A DNA stretch of 64,000 bases from an uncultured delta proteobacterium (GTDB taxonomy: Bacteria > Myxococcota_A > UBA9160 > UBA4427): NCBI GenBank assembly GCA_963822965.1, contig CAWGJT010000008.1:102829-166828 (forward strand), read 5' to 3'. Below the pieces are notes generated by a model. The model searched no databases, was not told where the DNA came from, and saw only the letters and a program-made list of their open reading frames with translations. Positions 19,825-33,115 of this stretch are shown piece after piece. Made by a program: the position numbers and the translations under genes. How positions within the stretch are numbered: the first letter of the stretch is position 1; each line of letters begins with the position of its first letter.

Positions 19825-22800
19825 CCCCCCGCCCCATCCGCCGACTCGCGATCGTGAATCGGGGCGAGCCCGCGATGCGCTGCATCCGGGCCGTGAAGGC
19901 CCTGGCTGCCGAGGGTCGCCGCGACATCCGCGCGATCGCGCTCTACACCGACGGCGAGCGCGAGGCGCCGTTTGCGCGGCACGCCGACGCGGCGGTGCGA
20001 CTGCCCTCGCCGAACGGTGCGGTCAACGCCTATCTCGATCACGACAACGTGCTGCGCGCCCTGCGCGAAGCGAGGGCCGACGCCGTCTGGCCGGGCTGGG
20101 GCTTCGTGGCCGAGGACGCGTCCTTCGTGGCGCGACTGCGCGACGAGGGGATCGTCTTCCTCGGCCCGTCCGCCGAGGCCATGCGCGCGCTCGGCGACAA
20201 GATCACCTCCAAGGAGCTGGCCGAGCGGGCCGACGTGCCGGTGACGGCCTGGAGCCAGGGCGTGGTGGCGGACGAGCGCGCCGCGGCCGTGCAGGCCGAG
20301 CGCATCGGATACCCGATCGCCGTCAAGGCCTCCGCGGGCGGCGGCGGCCGGGGCATCCGCATGGTGGACGACGCGAAGGCGCTGCCCGAGGCGTTCCGCA
20401 GCGCCGCCGCCGAGGCGAAGAGCGCCTTCGGAGACGGCCGGCTCTTCCTGGAGAAGAAGGTCTCCGGGCGGGCGGCACATCGAGGTGCAGATCGCCGCCG
20501 ACGCCCAGGGCAACGTCGTCGCGCTCGGCTGCCGCGACTGCTCGGTCCAGCGCCGGCACCAGAAGCTCATCGAGGAGGCGCCGCCGCCCGGCCTCGACGC
20601 CGAGACGATCGAGGCGCTCCAGGCCTGCGCCACCCGCCTCGCCGCCCACGTCTCCTACATGGGCGTCGGCACGGTCGAGTTCCTCCACTCGGCCGAGGGC
20701 TTCTACTTCCTCGAGGTGAACCCGCGCCTGCAGGTGGAGCACGGCATCACCGAGGAGATCACCGGCGTCGACCTCGTGCAGCTGCAGATCCGCATCGCCG
20801 AGGGCGAGTCGATCAAGGATCTGCGCCCCGTGGCGCGCGGGCGTGGCCATCGAGGCGCGGGTCAACGCGGAGGATCCCGATCAGGGCTTCCTGCCCTCGC
20901 CCGGACGCATCGTGCGCTTCGACCCGGCGCTCGGCCCGCGGGTGCGGGTGGATTCCGGCGTCGCGGCGGGCACGATCGTCTCGCCCGACTTCGACTCGCT
21001 GATCGCGAAGGTGATCGCCACGGGCGCCACGCGCGAGGAGGCCCGCGCCCGGCTCTCGTGCGCACTGCGCGATTTCGAGCTCGTCGTCGAGGGGGGCGCC
21101 AGCAACAAGGGCTACCTGCTCGAGCTGCTCGACGCCGACGACTACCGCGCGGGTCCCGTCGACACCCTGTGGCTCGACCGCTGGAACGCGGAGCGCGCGC
21201 AGCTGCCCGTGCGTCGTGACCGACCTGGCGGCCGACGCCCTGGTCGCGGCTGCCATCCTGGCCTACCAGCGCGCCCGCGCCACCGCCCGGGAGCACTTCT
21301 ACGCGGATGCCACCGGCATCTCGCCCGAGCGGATCCCGCCCAACCGCGGGCAGCAGATCGACCTCGGCCACGAAGGCGAGAGCTACCGGCTGATGGTCTA
21401 CGCGATCGGCTCCTGGCGCTATCGCATCCATCTCGACGGACGGGCGGTGGGCGCGCGCCTGAAGGAGGCGGGACCGCACTCGGCGCGTCTCGAGATCGAC
21501 GATCGCGGCGCATCGCATCCTCTACGACGCCAGCGAGGTCGGGCTGCGCGTCGAGGTGGACGGCCATCCGTACAGCTACGGAACCCAGACCGCCGGCAAG
21601 GTCCGGGCCGGCACGCCTGCCATGGTGGTGGCGATCCACGTGCAGGTCGGGGATCGCGTCTCCGTCGGGCAACCCCTCGGTCTGGTCGAGGCGATGAAGA
21701 TGGAGATCGCCTTCCAGTCGCCGGTGGCGGGCGTCGTCACCGAGGTCCACGTGCGCCAGGGCCAGCAGGTCTCGGCGGGCGAGGTGATGCTCTCGATCGA
21801 TCCGGCCTCGGAGGGCGGCGCGGAGTCCGCCGTTCGCGCCACGACGCGGCTGGCGCTGCCCGAGCAGCGCGATCCGCTGGCACTCCTGTTTCGCGAGCAC
21901 GAGGGCGACTCGCTGGCGGTTCCGGACCTCGTGGCGGCGGATCGTGCGGTCGCCGAGGGGCGTCTCGGGAGCCGCGGAGGCTCCGCGTGGCGCGACGCCA
22001 TGGAGGCGGTGCGGGACGAGATCCGCCGGGTGATGCTCGGCTACGACGCCAACCCGGAGCGCTGTCAGAGCCTGCTCGACTTCCTCGACGCCCCGCTCCC
22101 CGAGACGCTCTCGCGGGACGCGTTTCTGGAGCTGGCGGAGATCCGCCACGAGCTGATCGCCTTCGCGGACGTCGAGCGCCTCTTCATCCGGGCGCCCCGG
22201 GCCTCGGTGTCGGGCGGGCTGGGGCCGTCGAACAACGCGCGGCTGCGGATGTACGTCCGGCGCATGCGCGCCGAGGGCACGGGCATCGCCGAGGAGTTCC
22301 TCGAGCTGGTTCGCAACGCGCTCTCGCACTACGGCGTCGAGGATCTCACCCCGACCGATGCCCTCGAACGTGCGGTGCTGCGCCTGCTCTCCACCCAGTT
22401 CCATCCGGAACTCCGCCATCGCCTGGCGATGGGCATGCTGCGCCGTATCACGGCCCTCGCCGAAGACGCCGGCGTCGACCTCGCGGACGACCACGCCCTC
22501 GCGGACGCCCTGGACGCGCTGATGGGGATGCGCGGCCTGCTCTCGGACGCCATGGCGGACGCCGCCATCGAGGCGCGCTACCTGGTGTTCGAGCGCCGGG
22601 AGGCCGAGCGACAGGCGGAGCAGAGCTCGAAGGCCCTGGAGACGTGGCTCGACCAGGCCGAGCGGGCTCCTCACGAAGCCGTCCGCCAACGTGCTCCTCG
22701 AAGTGGCGGCAGCGGCGCGGCGGGTCTTCGATCGCGTCGGTCGCTGGATCAAGGCGCCCGACCCCGGCCGTCTCGACATCGCGCTGGCCGCCTACGTGCA

Positions 22801-25495
22801 GCGTGTCTACGCCCCCGCCCGGCCGCTCGGGCACATGTCCATCAAGGCCGAGGACACCTGGATCCACTGTGTGGAGTATCCGGACAAGGGCCTGGTGCTC
22901 GCCGCCACGGCGGCCGAGACGGAGATCGACGCCGTGGCCGGGCGGCTGTGTCGCACCGCCGTCCGACTGGCGGAGCGGGGACCGAGCATCTTCGCCCTCG
23001 AGCTGCTCGTTCCGGTGACCGCAGAGGTCGACCGCGAGGCCGCTGCCGCATCCCTGGCCCGCACGCTCACCGAATGCGGCGCCCCCGCGCGCTTCACCCT
23101 CGACCTCCACCAGGAGGACGGTCGCAACGTCTACAAGACCTTCGACGTCGACCGGGACGAAGCCGGTGCCGCGATTCCGGGGTCGACCCCGGGCCTGCGC
23201 GCCGATCTCTACGATCTCCATCCGGAGACCGCGGCGCGCATCGACCTCGCGCGCTACCGGGCCTTCGAGCTCGAGCGGATCCCCAGCGAGGACGGCATCT
23301 ACTGCTTCCACGGGCGCGCCGCGGGACGTCGACGGCGACGAGCGCATCTTCGTGCTGGGGGACGCCCGCGAGCGGTCTCCCCTGGCCGGACCGGAGCTCG
23401 AGCACCACGTCGCCGCCTTCGAACGCGTCTTCAACCGCGCCGCACGCGGCCTGCGCACGACCCTGCGCGAGCGGGATCCGCGGCGGGCGCTCCAGTGGAA
23501 CCGCATCGCGCTCTTCATCTCGGCGGAGATCTACCTGGACGCCGAGGCGGCCAGCGCGGTGGCGCGAAGGCTCGCGCCGGCCACCCGGCACCTGGGTCTC
23601 GAGAAGGTGCTCGTCCGCCTGAACATGAAGGATCGCGCGCAACCGGAGGCGCCCGCGAGGCAGGTCGAGATCGTGATCAGCGAGCCGACGGGCGACGAGA
23701 TCCAGCTCTCGTGGCGCGAGCCGCACCGCGACCCCCTCGAGCCGGTCGGCGACTACGAGCGCCGCGTCGTCGCCGCCCGCCGGCGAAGGCTCGTCTATCC
23801 CTACGAGATCGTCCGCATGCTCACGTCGGACCAGCGCGGGCTCGAGGGCGGCAGCGAACGGGTCTCCATCTCCCAGGGAACCTTCGAGGAGTACGACCTC
23901 GACCCGTCGAGCGATCGGCCCACAGGCGCTCTCGGTGGCGGGTCGCGAGCCCGGTGGAGCGCGGGCCGGCATCGTCTTCGGCGTGATCACGACACCCACC
24001 GAGAAGGTGCCCGAGGGCATGAAGCGCGTGCTCGTGCTGTCGGATCCCACCATGGGGATGGGGGTGCTCTCGATCCCCGAATGCGATCGCCTCGTCGCGG
24101 CGATCGACCTCGCCGAGTCGCTCGGCGTGCCGGTGGAGTGGCTGCCCGTCTCGAGCGGCGCGAAGATCGCCATGGACAGCGGCACCGAGAACCTCGACGC
24201 CACCGCGCGCGTCGTGCGCCGGATCGTGACGTTCACCCAGCGCGGGGGCGCCATCCATCTGATCGTGCAGGGCGTGAACGTCGGCGCCCAGAGCTACTTC
24301 GACGCGCTGTCGACGATGCTGATGCACACCCGCGGCGTCCTCATCATGACGCCGCGCGCGTCGATGGTGCTGACGGGCGCCGAGGCCCTGGAGGCCTCGG
24401 GCTCGGTGTCGGCCGAGGACGAGGTGGCGATCGGCGGCTACGAGCAGATCATGGGGCCCAACGGCCAGGCCCAGTACTACGCGCGCAACCTCGCCGAAGC
24501 CTACCGCCTGCTCTACGACTACTATCGCTACAGCTACGTGGTGCCCGGCGAGGACGGACCGCGTCCCTTCCCGACCACCGACCCCGCGCGATCGCAACGC
24601 CTGCGAGTCGGCGCTCGCTCCCGACGAGTCCTTCGACTTCGCGACCGTGGGCGAGATCTTCGACGACGCCACCAACCCCGGACGCAAGCGGCCCTTCTCC
24701 ATGCGCGCGGTGATGCGCGCGCTGATCGACCAGGACGGCGGCCATCTCGAGCGCTGGAAGCAGATGGTCGGCGGGCGAGACCGCCATCGTCTGGGACGCG
24801 CACCTCGGCGGACGTCCGGTGACGCTCGATCGGGATCGAGAGCCACGTGCGTGCCGCGCGAGGGCTACCGCCCGTTCGACGGCCCCGAATCGTGGACCGG
24901 CGGCACGCTCTTCCCGCACTCGTCGAAGAAGACCGCCCGGGCCATCAACGCGGCCAGCGGCAACCGCCCGGTGGTGGTGCTCGCGAACCTCTCGGGCTTC
25001 GACGGCTCGCCCGAGTCGCTCCGCAAGCTGCAGCTCGAGTACGGCGCCGAGATCGCGCGGGCCATCGTGAACTTCCAGGGCCCGATCCTGTTCCTCGTCG
25101 TTTCGCGCTACCACGGGGGCGCCTACGTGGTCTTCTCCCAGGAGCTGCACGACGATCTGCACGCTTCGGCGCTCCAGGGCTCGTACGCGTCGGTGATCGG
25201 CGGCGGGGCGGCGGCGAGCGTGGTCTTCAAGCGCGAGGTGCGCGCTCGAGCCCTGGCAGACCCGCGCGTGCTCGAGAAGCAGCGCGCGGTGCGGGTGAGG
25301 CCGAGCGCCGCCACCCGGGAGGCACTCGACGCCATCGTCGCCGAGGTCACCCTCGAGAAGCAGTCCGAGGTGGGGCGCGAGTTCGACGAGATCCACAGCG
25401 TGGAGCGCGCGGAGCGGGTGGGGTCCCTCGAGGCGATCATCGAGCCGGAACGCATGCGCGCGCACCTGATCCGGCAGCTCACCGAACGCTCGTAG
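19821..25495 (+). CDS. single-chain multidomain acyl-CoA carboxylase (BC - BCCP - central region - CT), ~1,890 aa, many frameshifts
   Basis: NRGE, WPGWG, GGGGRGIR, QRRHQK, EVNPRLQVEH, FDSLIAK; biotinyl EAMKM; VYPYE; SSGAKI; ANLSGFDGS, GGAYVV. Motif order is continuous with no internal RBS/start seen. Confidence 0.85.
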
Positions 25496-25555
25496 CCCCG
25501 GCCACAGCCCCGGCTGCGACCAGACCGGGCGGTGCCGGCTACCCTCCCGGACACC

Positions 25556-26530
25556 ATGAGCCCGTCCCACCGCCTGCGTCACGCGATCGAGTACGGAGCC
25601 GTGCTCGCGGTGCGCGAGGGGTTCCGGCACCTGCCCCCCGACCGGGCGGTGGCCCTGGGCGCGAGCGTGGGCGCCGCGTACGCCCGTCTGGGGGGTCCGC
25701 GAACGCGGGAGGCGGCGATCAACCTGGCGCTGGCCTTTCCCGGGTGGAGTCGGGAGGAGCGACGGAAGGCTCTCGTGGCGGCGTTCGCGAACCTCGGGCG
25801 CTGTATCGCCGAGGTCTTCGTGCTGCAGGGACCTCACCGCCGACGTCTCCTCGAGGGCGTCTCCGTCGAGGGCCTCGAGAACTACGAGCTCGCGAAGAGC
25901 CGTTCGGCTTCGGGCGGGGTCATCGTGCTGACGGCCCACTTCGGGTCGTGGGAGCTGTGCGGTACGGCGATGGCGCATCGGGGCTACCCCGTGTCGGTGG
26001 TGCACCACGAGATCGAGAACCCCGGCCTGTCGGCGATGGTGAGCGGTTGGCGCCGGGCGGCGGGCGTCGAGGAGCTGCGCCTCGGACGCGCGGTGACGGC
26101 GGTATTCCGCGCGCTCGCGCGGGGGCGGCTCGTGACGATGCTGATCGACCAGAACGCGCATCGCGACGAAGGGGTTTTCGCGCCCTTCCTCGGGCACGCC
26201 GCCCTCACGCGCTCGGGCCCGGCCAACCTCGCCATGAGCCGGGGGGTTCCGGTGCTGCCGGTCTTTCTCTTCCGGAAGGGCGCCACGTCCCGTCACGTGG
26301 TGCGGATTTGTCCCCCCCTCGATCTGGAGCCGGCCGGGGACGATCCCAAGGCCGCCCTGGCGCGCAACGTGGGCCGCATGAACGTCGTCATCGAGGAGGC
26401 GATTCGCGCCGCTCCGGACCACTGGCTCTGGGCGCACCGGCGCTTCAAGACGAGGCCGCCGGGCGAGCCGGCGGTCTATCCCCGCCGGAGGCGTCCCCGG
26501 GCCGGGGCGGGCCGGGCGGCCACCCCCTGA
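25556..26530 (+). CDS. LpxL/HtrB-like lipid A or lysophospholipid acyltransferase
   Basis: NLALAFP, TAHFGSWE, LIDQNA, PFLG, PDHWLWAHRRFK. Confidence 0.88.
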   Translation: MSPSHRLRHAIEYGAVLAVREGFRHLPPDRAVALGASVGAAYARLGGPRTREAAINLALAFPGWSREERRKALVAAFANLGRCIAEVFVLQGPHRRRLLEGVSVEGLENYELAKSRSASGGVIVLTAHFGSWELCGTAMAHRGYPVSVVHHEIENPGLSAMVSGWRRAAGVEELRLGRAVTAVFRALARGRLVTMLIDQNAHRDEGVFAPFLGHAALTRSGPANLAMSRGVPVLPVFLFRKGATSRHVVRICPPLDLEPAGDDPKAALARNVGRMNVVIEEAIRAAPDHWLWAHRRFKTRPPGEPAVYPRRRRPRAGAGRAATP

Positions 26531-26619
26531 CGCCGGCGATCCAAGCGCCCCGGCCCGATTCCGGAGGCTCGCGGGCGCGTCGCCTCAAGGCGGCTCGAGG
26601 GCGGACGATACACAGCCGC

Positions 26620-27327
26620 ATGGGAAGGGCTGCGAGCTCGAGACGATCCACGCCCGGAAGGGGCTGCTCCGGGCGCCCCGGAACCCGGGCGCTGGCAGCA
26701 GCCGGGATGGTGGCGGTCGTCTCGCTCGGCTGCGCGCTCGGCGGCGCCAGCGAGCCTCCGGCCCCCGTCATCGACGTGGCCGTCTACCGGCGTGCGGAGG
26801 TCGACCGGGCCGAGCGGCTCGAAGCCGAGGTGGAGCGCCTGCGAGCCGATCTGCGGCAGGCCGAGGAGGCCCTGGTGATGGCCGAATCGGGCCTGCGCGG
26901 CAGCCACGGTCGCGCCGACGCGGTGTCGTCCCTGGCCGAGGCTCGCATCGAGGTGGAACGGGCGGCGTCCATGGCGCCCTGGCGCGTCGATGCGATCCAG
27001 GAGGCGCGCGACAAGCTGACCGAGGCCGACCGGCAGATCGAGCAGAGCCACTTCGGCGCGGCGCTCTTCTTCGTCTATCGCGCGAACCGGGTCGCCCAGC
27101 TCCTCGAGCGCGAGGCCGCACTCGTGCGCAAGCGACCCGGAACCCTGTTCGTCCGGGTCGAGAAGGTGAACCTGCGTGCGGGACCGTCCACCGACGACCG
27201 GGTGGTGGGCGTGCTCAGCGAAGGCACGCCCGTGTTTCCGGAACGCACGCGCGATCTCTGGACCCTGGTTCGGGTGACCTCGGGGTCGGTCGGATGGGTC
27301 CACCGCAGCCTGCTGCGCTCGGAGTAG
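26620..27327 (+). CDS. lipoprotein with coiled coil and C-terminal bacterial SH3 domain
   Basis: Lipobox SLGC, heptad region LEAEVERLRADL, VNLRAGPST...GWVH. Confidence 0.75.
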   Translation: MGRAASSRRSTPGRGCSGRPGTRALAAAGMVAVVSLGCALGGASEPPAPVIDVAVYRRAEVDRAERLEAEVERLRADLRQAEEALVMAESGLRGSHGRADAVSSLAEARIEVERAASMAPWRVDAIQEARDKLTEADRQIEQSHFGAALFFVYRANRVAQLLEREAALVRKRPGTLFVRVEKVNLRAGPSTDDRVVGVLSEGTPVFPERTRDLWTLVRVTSGSVGWVHRSLLRSE

Positions 27328-27336
27328 GGCAGCCGT

Positions 27337-28268
<932 letters not shown>

Positions 28269-28523
28269 TCACAAAACAAGCAAGATTGAGCTTGATTGGA
28301 GTGTGGGTTTCCGTTTGAGTATATTTGGCCAAGGAAGTTCAGCAGGTTAGGAAGATTTTCGATATATTAAAGGTAGTGTTGTTCCGGACACACCGGCACC
28401 TGCTCAGGCAACCCTATTGATCATGGTCCCAGGCGATTTTGCTCTACCGAAATCGCGTACTATTTGTGTCTCTCGGAACCCACGAACCGATCCACAAGCA
28501 AAACGGTAATTGAAAAGGCTGCC

Positions 28524-31500
28524 ATGGACAATTCCAATTTCCGTCACCGCATTCCCGATCCGCAGGGGCTATACCACCCCAAAAACGAGCACGATGCCTG
28601 CGGTATGGGACTGGTTGCGAGCATTCGGGGCGAAAAGAGCCACGAAATCATCCGCAAGGGTCTTGAGGTACTGATTAACCTCACCCATCGCGGTGCATCA
28701 GGGTGTGACCCGGAGACAGGTGACGGCGCAGGAATCCTCATTCGGATTCCGCACGCTTTCTTTGTGCGCGAGTGCGCGGAACTCGGCTGGAAGCTGCCCG
28801 AAGTGGGTGAGTATGGCGTAGCAATGTGCTTCCTGCCAGTGGAGCGGCACAGCCGTCTGCAGTGCGAAGGTGTGTTTGAGCGAATTGCCCAGGAAGAGGG
28901 TGTGAAGGTTCTTGGATGGCGCGACACGCCTGTGAACGGCGACGCCATTGGGCGCGAGGCCCGCAACTCGCAGCCTTACATTGAACAGATGTTCATGCTG
29001 CGCCCTGAAGGCATGGACGAAGACGCGTTCGAGCGCCTGCTCTATCGCGTTCGCCGCCGCACGGAAAATGAGATTGCCGAGTCCGAGATCGAGGACAAGG
29101 AATCGTTCTACATTCCTTCATGCTCGTGCCGGACGATTGTTTACAAGGGCCTGATGCTGGCTCCGCAGATTGAGCGCTTTTACATTGAGCTCGCCAATCC
29201 GCTGGTGACCAGCGCGCTGGCCCTCGTACACCAGCGCTTTTCGACCAATACGTTTCCGAGCTGGAAGCTGGCGCACCCGTATCGTTATGTTGCCCATAAC
29301 GGAGAGATCAACACCATCCGCGGCAACATCAGCTGGATGAATGCGCGGCAAAGCGTGTTGAGAAGCCCGCTGCACGACGGCCATATCGGCGACCTGTTCC
29401 CGGTGATCATGCCCGAGGGCAGCGACTCCGCTTCCCTCGACAACGCGGTCGAGTTCCTTTTCCAGTCCGGGCGTTCCCTGCCCCACGTGATGGCCATGCT
29501 GATTCCGGAGGCGTGGTCCGGCAATCCGGACATGGACGAGGACAAGCGCGCGTTTTATGAGTATCACGCTTCATTGATGGAGCCGTGGGATGGACCGGCG
29601 GCGATTGCGTTTACCGACGGCAAGGTGATCGGCGCAACGCTCGACCGCAATGGCCTGCGCCCCGGCCGCTACATCGTGACCAAGGATGAACTAGTGGTGC
29701 TGGCATCGGAGGCCGGCGTGATCGAGGTTCCCGCGGAGGATGTGCGCAAGAAGGGCCGCCTGCAGCCAGGCCGCATGTTCCTGGTGGACACGGTTCAACA
29801 GCGCATCATCTCCGACGCAGAGATCAAGAAAGAACTCGCGGCGCGCCAACCCTATGCGGACTGGCTCAAGCAGCAGCAGGTGACGATGGAAGAGTTGCCG
29901 GAGCCTGCACGCGTGATTGCATCGAACCCGGAGACCCTTCTTCGCCGGCAGCGCGCTTCAGGCTACAGCGAAGAAGATCTGCGCACGCTGCTTGCGCCGA
30001 TGGGAGCGTACGGCCAGGAGCCCATCGGCTCGATGGGTACCGACGTGCCTTTGGCTTGTCTTTCCGATCGGCCGCAGTCGCTATTCAGTTATTTCAAACA
30101 ACTGTTTGCCCAGGTGACCAATCCGCCGATCGATCCGATTCGCGAAGAGCTGGTGATGTCACTTATCAGCTACATTGGCACCGAGCGCAATATTCTGGAC
30201 GAGAAACCTGAGAACTGCCACACGCTTAAGCTGCCGCATCCGATTCTTACCAATCGCGATCTCGAAAAACTGCGCCGCGTTGCATCGGGCGACCTGCTGG
30301 CAACGACGCTACCGGCGCTGTTTCGCGCTGCGGACGGTGAAGCCGGCTTGCGCCATGCACTCGACGATTTGAGCAGCAGAGCCGCGCATGCTGTCCTTTC
30401 CGGCTATACGTTGCTGATTCTTTCAGATCGCGGCGTGGATGCGACGTATGCGCCGATCCCCAGTCTGCTGGCCATGGCAGCCGTACACAATCGCCTGGTT
30501 CGCGAAAAGACACGTACGCAGGTAGCGCTCATTATTGAAAGCGCTGCACCACGCGAAGTGATGCACTTTGCCCTGCTGATTGGCTACGGCGCCAGCGCCA
30601 TCAATCCGTACCTTGCTATCGAATCGCTGCACGATTTGAAGCGGCGCGGGTTGCTGCCCGACGACGTTTCGGCGGAACAAGCCGAGAAAAACTTTATCAA
30701 GGCCATCAACAAGGGGCTGCTGAAGACCTTTTCGAAGATGGGCATCAGCACTCTGCAGAGCTATCGCGGCGCGCAGGTGTTTGAGGCCGTGGGTCTCAAC
30801 CAGTTCCTTATCGACAAATACTTCCCCGGCACGGCTTCGCGCGTGGAAGGCGTCGGCTTGGACGTAATTGCCCGCGAAGCAGTGATGAAGCACAGCTATG
30901 CGTTCAAGCCGCTTACCGATTCCGAGACCGACCTGGAAGTTGGAGGACAGTATCACTTCCGCGAGGACGGCGAGTACCACCTGCTGAATCCGCTGACTAT
31001 CAGCAAGGTGCAGCACGCGGTGCGCCAGAACAACCCCGCAACGTTCCAGGAATATACCGACCATATCGACGGTCAAAACAAGGCTCTGTGCACGCTGCGT
31101 GGATTGATGCAGCTCAAGTACGCTGAGAAGCCGATTCCGATTGAAGAAGTTGAACCCGCGAAGGAGATCGTCAAGCGTTTCACGACCGGCGCCATGTCGC
31201 TACGGCTCTATCAGCAAGGAAGCGCACGAGACGTTGGCCATCGCCATGAACCGGATCGGCGGCAAGTCAAACACCGGCGAAGGCGGCGAAGATCCCGAGC
31301 GCTTTACGCGCGATGCGAACGGCGATCTCGCGGCGCAGTGCGATCAAGCAGGTGGCGTCCGGCCGCTTCGGCGTGACAGCCAACTATCTGGTCAACGCCG
31401 ACGAACTGCAGATCAAGATGGCGCAGGGCGCAAAGCCGGGCGAAGGCGGGCAGTTGCCCGGCCACAAGGTCGATGACGTGGATCGCCAAGGTGCGCCACT

Positions 31501-33115
31501 CCACTCCCGGCGTCGGGCTGATATCGCCGCCGCCTCACCACGATATTTATTCGATCGAGGATCTGGCTCAGCTGATTTACGACCTGAAGAATGTGAATCC
31601 GCAGGCGCGTATCAACGTCAAGCTGGTTTCGGAAATTGGTGTGGGCACGGTTGCCGCGGGCGTGTCCAAGGCGCACGCCGATGTTGTCCTGATCTCGGGC
31701 TATGACGGCGGCACGGGCGCTTCGCCGCTGAGTTCAATCAAGCATGCCGGTTTGCCGTGGGAACTCGGACTGGCCGAAACCCAGCAGACGCTGGTGATGA
31801 ACGATCTGCGCAGCCGCATCCGCGTTCAGACCGACGGCCAGATGCAAACCGGCCGTGACGTTGCTGATTGCGGCGCTGCTTGGCGCAGAAGAGTTCGGTT
31901 TTGCCACGGCGCCGCTGATGTCGTGGGTTGCATCATGATGCGCAAGTGCCACTTGAACACCTGCCCGGTCGGTATCGCCACCCAGGATCCGGTGCTGCGC
32001 GCTCGGTTTACTGGGCAACCCCGAGCACGTGATCAACTTCTTCTTCTTCATGGCGGAACAGATGCGGCAGCACATGGCCAAGCTCGGTTTCCGCACCGTG
32101 GATGAGATGGTCGGGCGCGTGGACAAGATCGATGCGGCTATTGCCATGCGCACTGGAAGGCAAAAGGCATCGACCTCTCGTCGATTCTTTACTCGCCTAC
32201 ACTTCCCTCGCGTGTTGCGCGCCGCCGCATGCAGGCACAGGACCATGGCCTGAACCAGGCGCTGGATCATCAGCTGATTGCAAAGGCTAAGCCCGCGCTC
32301 GAATCGAAGACGCCGGTTACTGCGAAGTTTGCTATTCGGAACGTTCATCGTACTGTTGGAGCAATGCTTGGCGGCGAGATCGCACGGATACGGTTCTGCG
32401 GGGCTTCCCGATGGAACCATCCACTTCCGCTTCAAAGGCTCAGCCGGACAAAGCTTCGGAGCGTTTGTCCCCACGGGCGTAACGCTGGAGCTTGAGGGCG
32501 ACACGAACGACTACCTCGGCAAGGGGCTTTCCGGTGGACGCATCATTGCCTATCCGCCTAGAACTTCGAGTTTCCTTCCAGAAGAGAGCATTCTGGTGGG
32601 CAACGTTGTGCTCTACGGGGCAACTGCCGGCCAAGTGTATCTGAATGGTATCGCAGGCGAGCGCTTTGCGGTCCGCAACTCCGGTGCAATTGCCGTGGTT
32701 GAAGGCGTGGGCGATCATGGCTGCGAGTACATGACCAATGGCACCGTGATTGTGCTTGGGCAACCGGCCGCAACTTTGCAGCCGGCATGAGCGGAGGCAT
32801 TGCCTACGTTTACGACGACCAGGGCGACTTCTCGTCGCGACGCTGCAACAAGGCCAGTGTGGATCTGGAGCCGCTGGTAGAAGAAGCCGACGTGGAGAAA
32901 GTACGCAGCATGCTTGAGCGCCACCGCGACTTTACGGGAAGCCCGCGTGCGGCGTGGGTGCTGGAACACTGGGCCGATGCTCAGCCGAGATTCATCAAGG
33001 TCTTCCCTCACGAATACAAGCGAGTGCTTGGAGTTGCGCGCGCTACGTCAGTTTATGCTTCGCCCACATCTTCGTCGTCCCAGGTGACGCCACCGCAGAG
33101 GTGCTGCATGGGTAA
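28524..33115 (+). CDS. gltB: glutamate synthase large subunit (frameshifted in this read)
   Basis: [65 protein letters not shown]-terminal domain. Confidence 0.95.
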
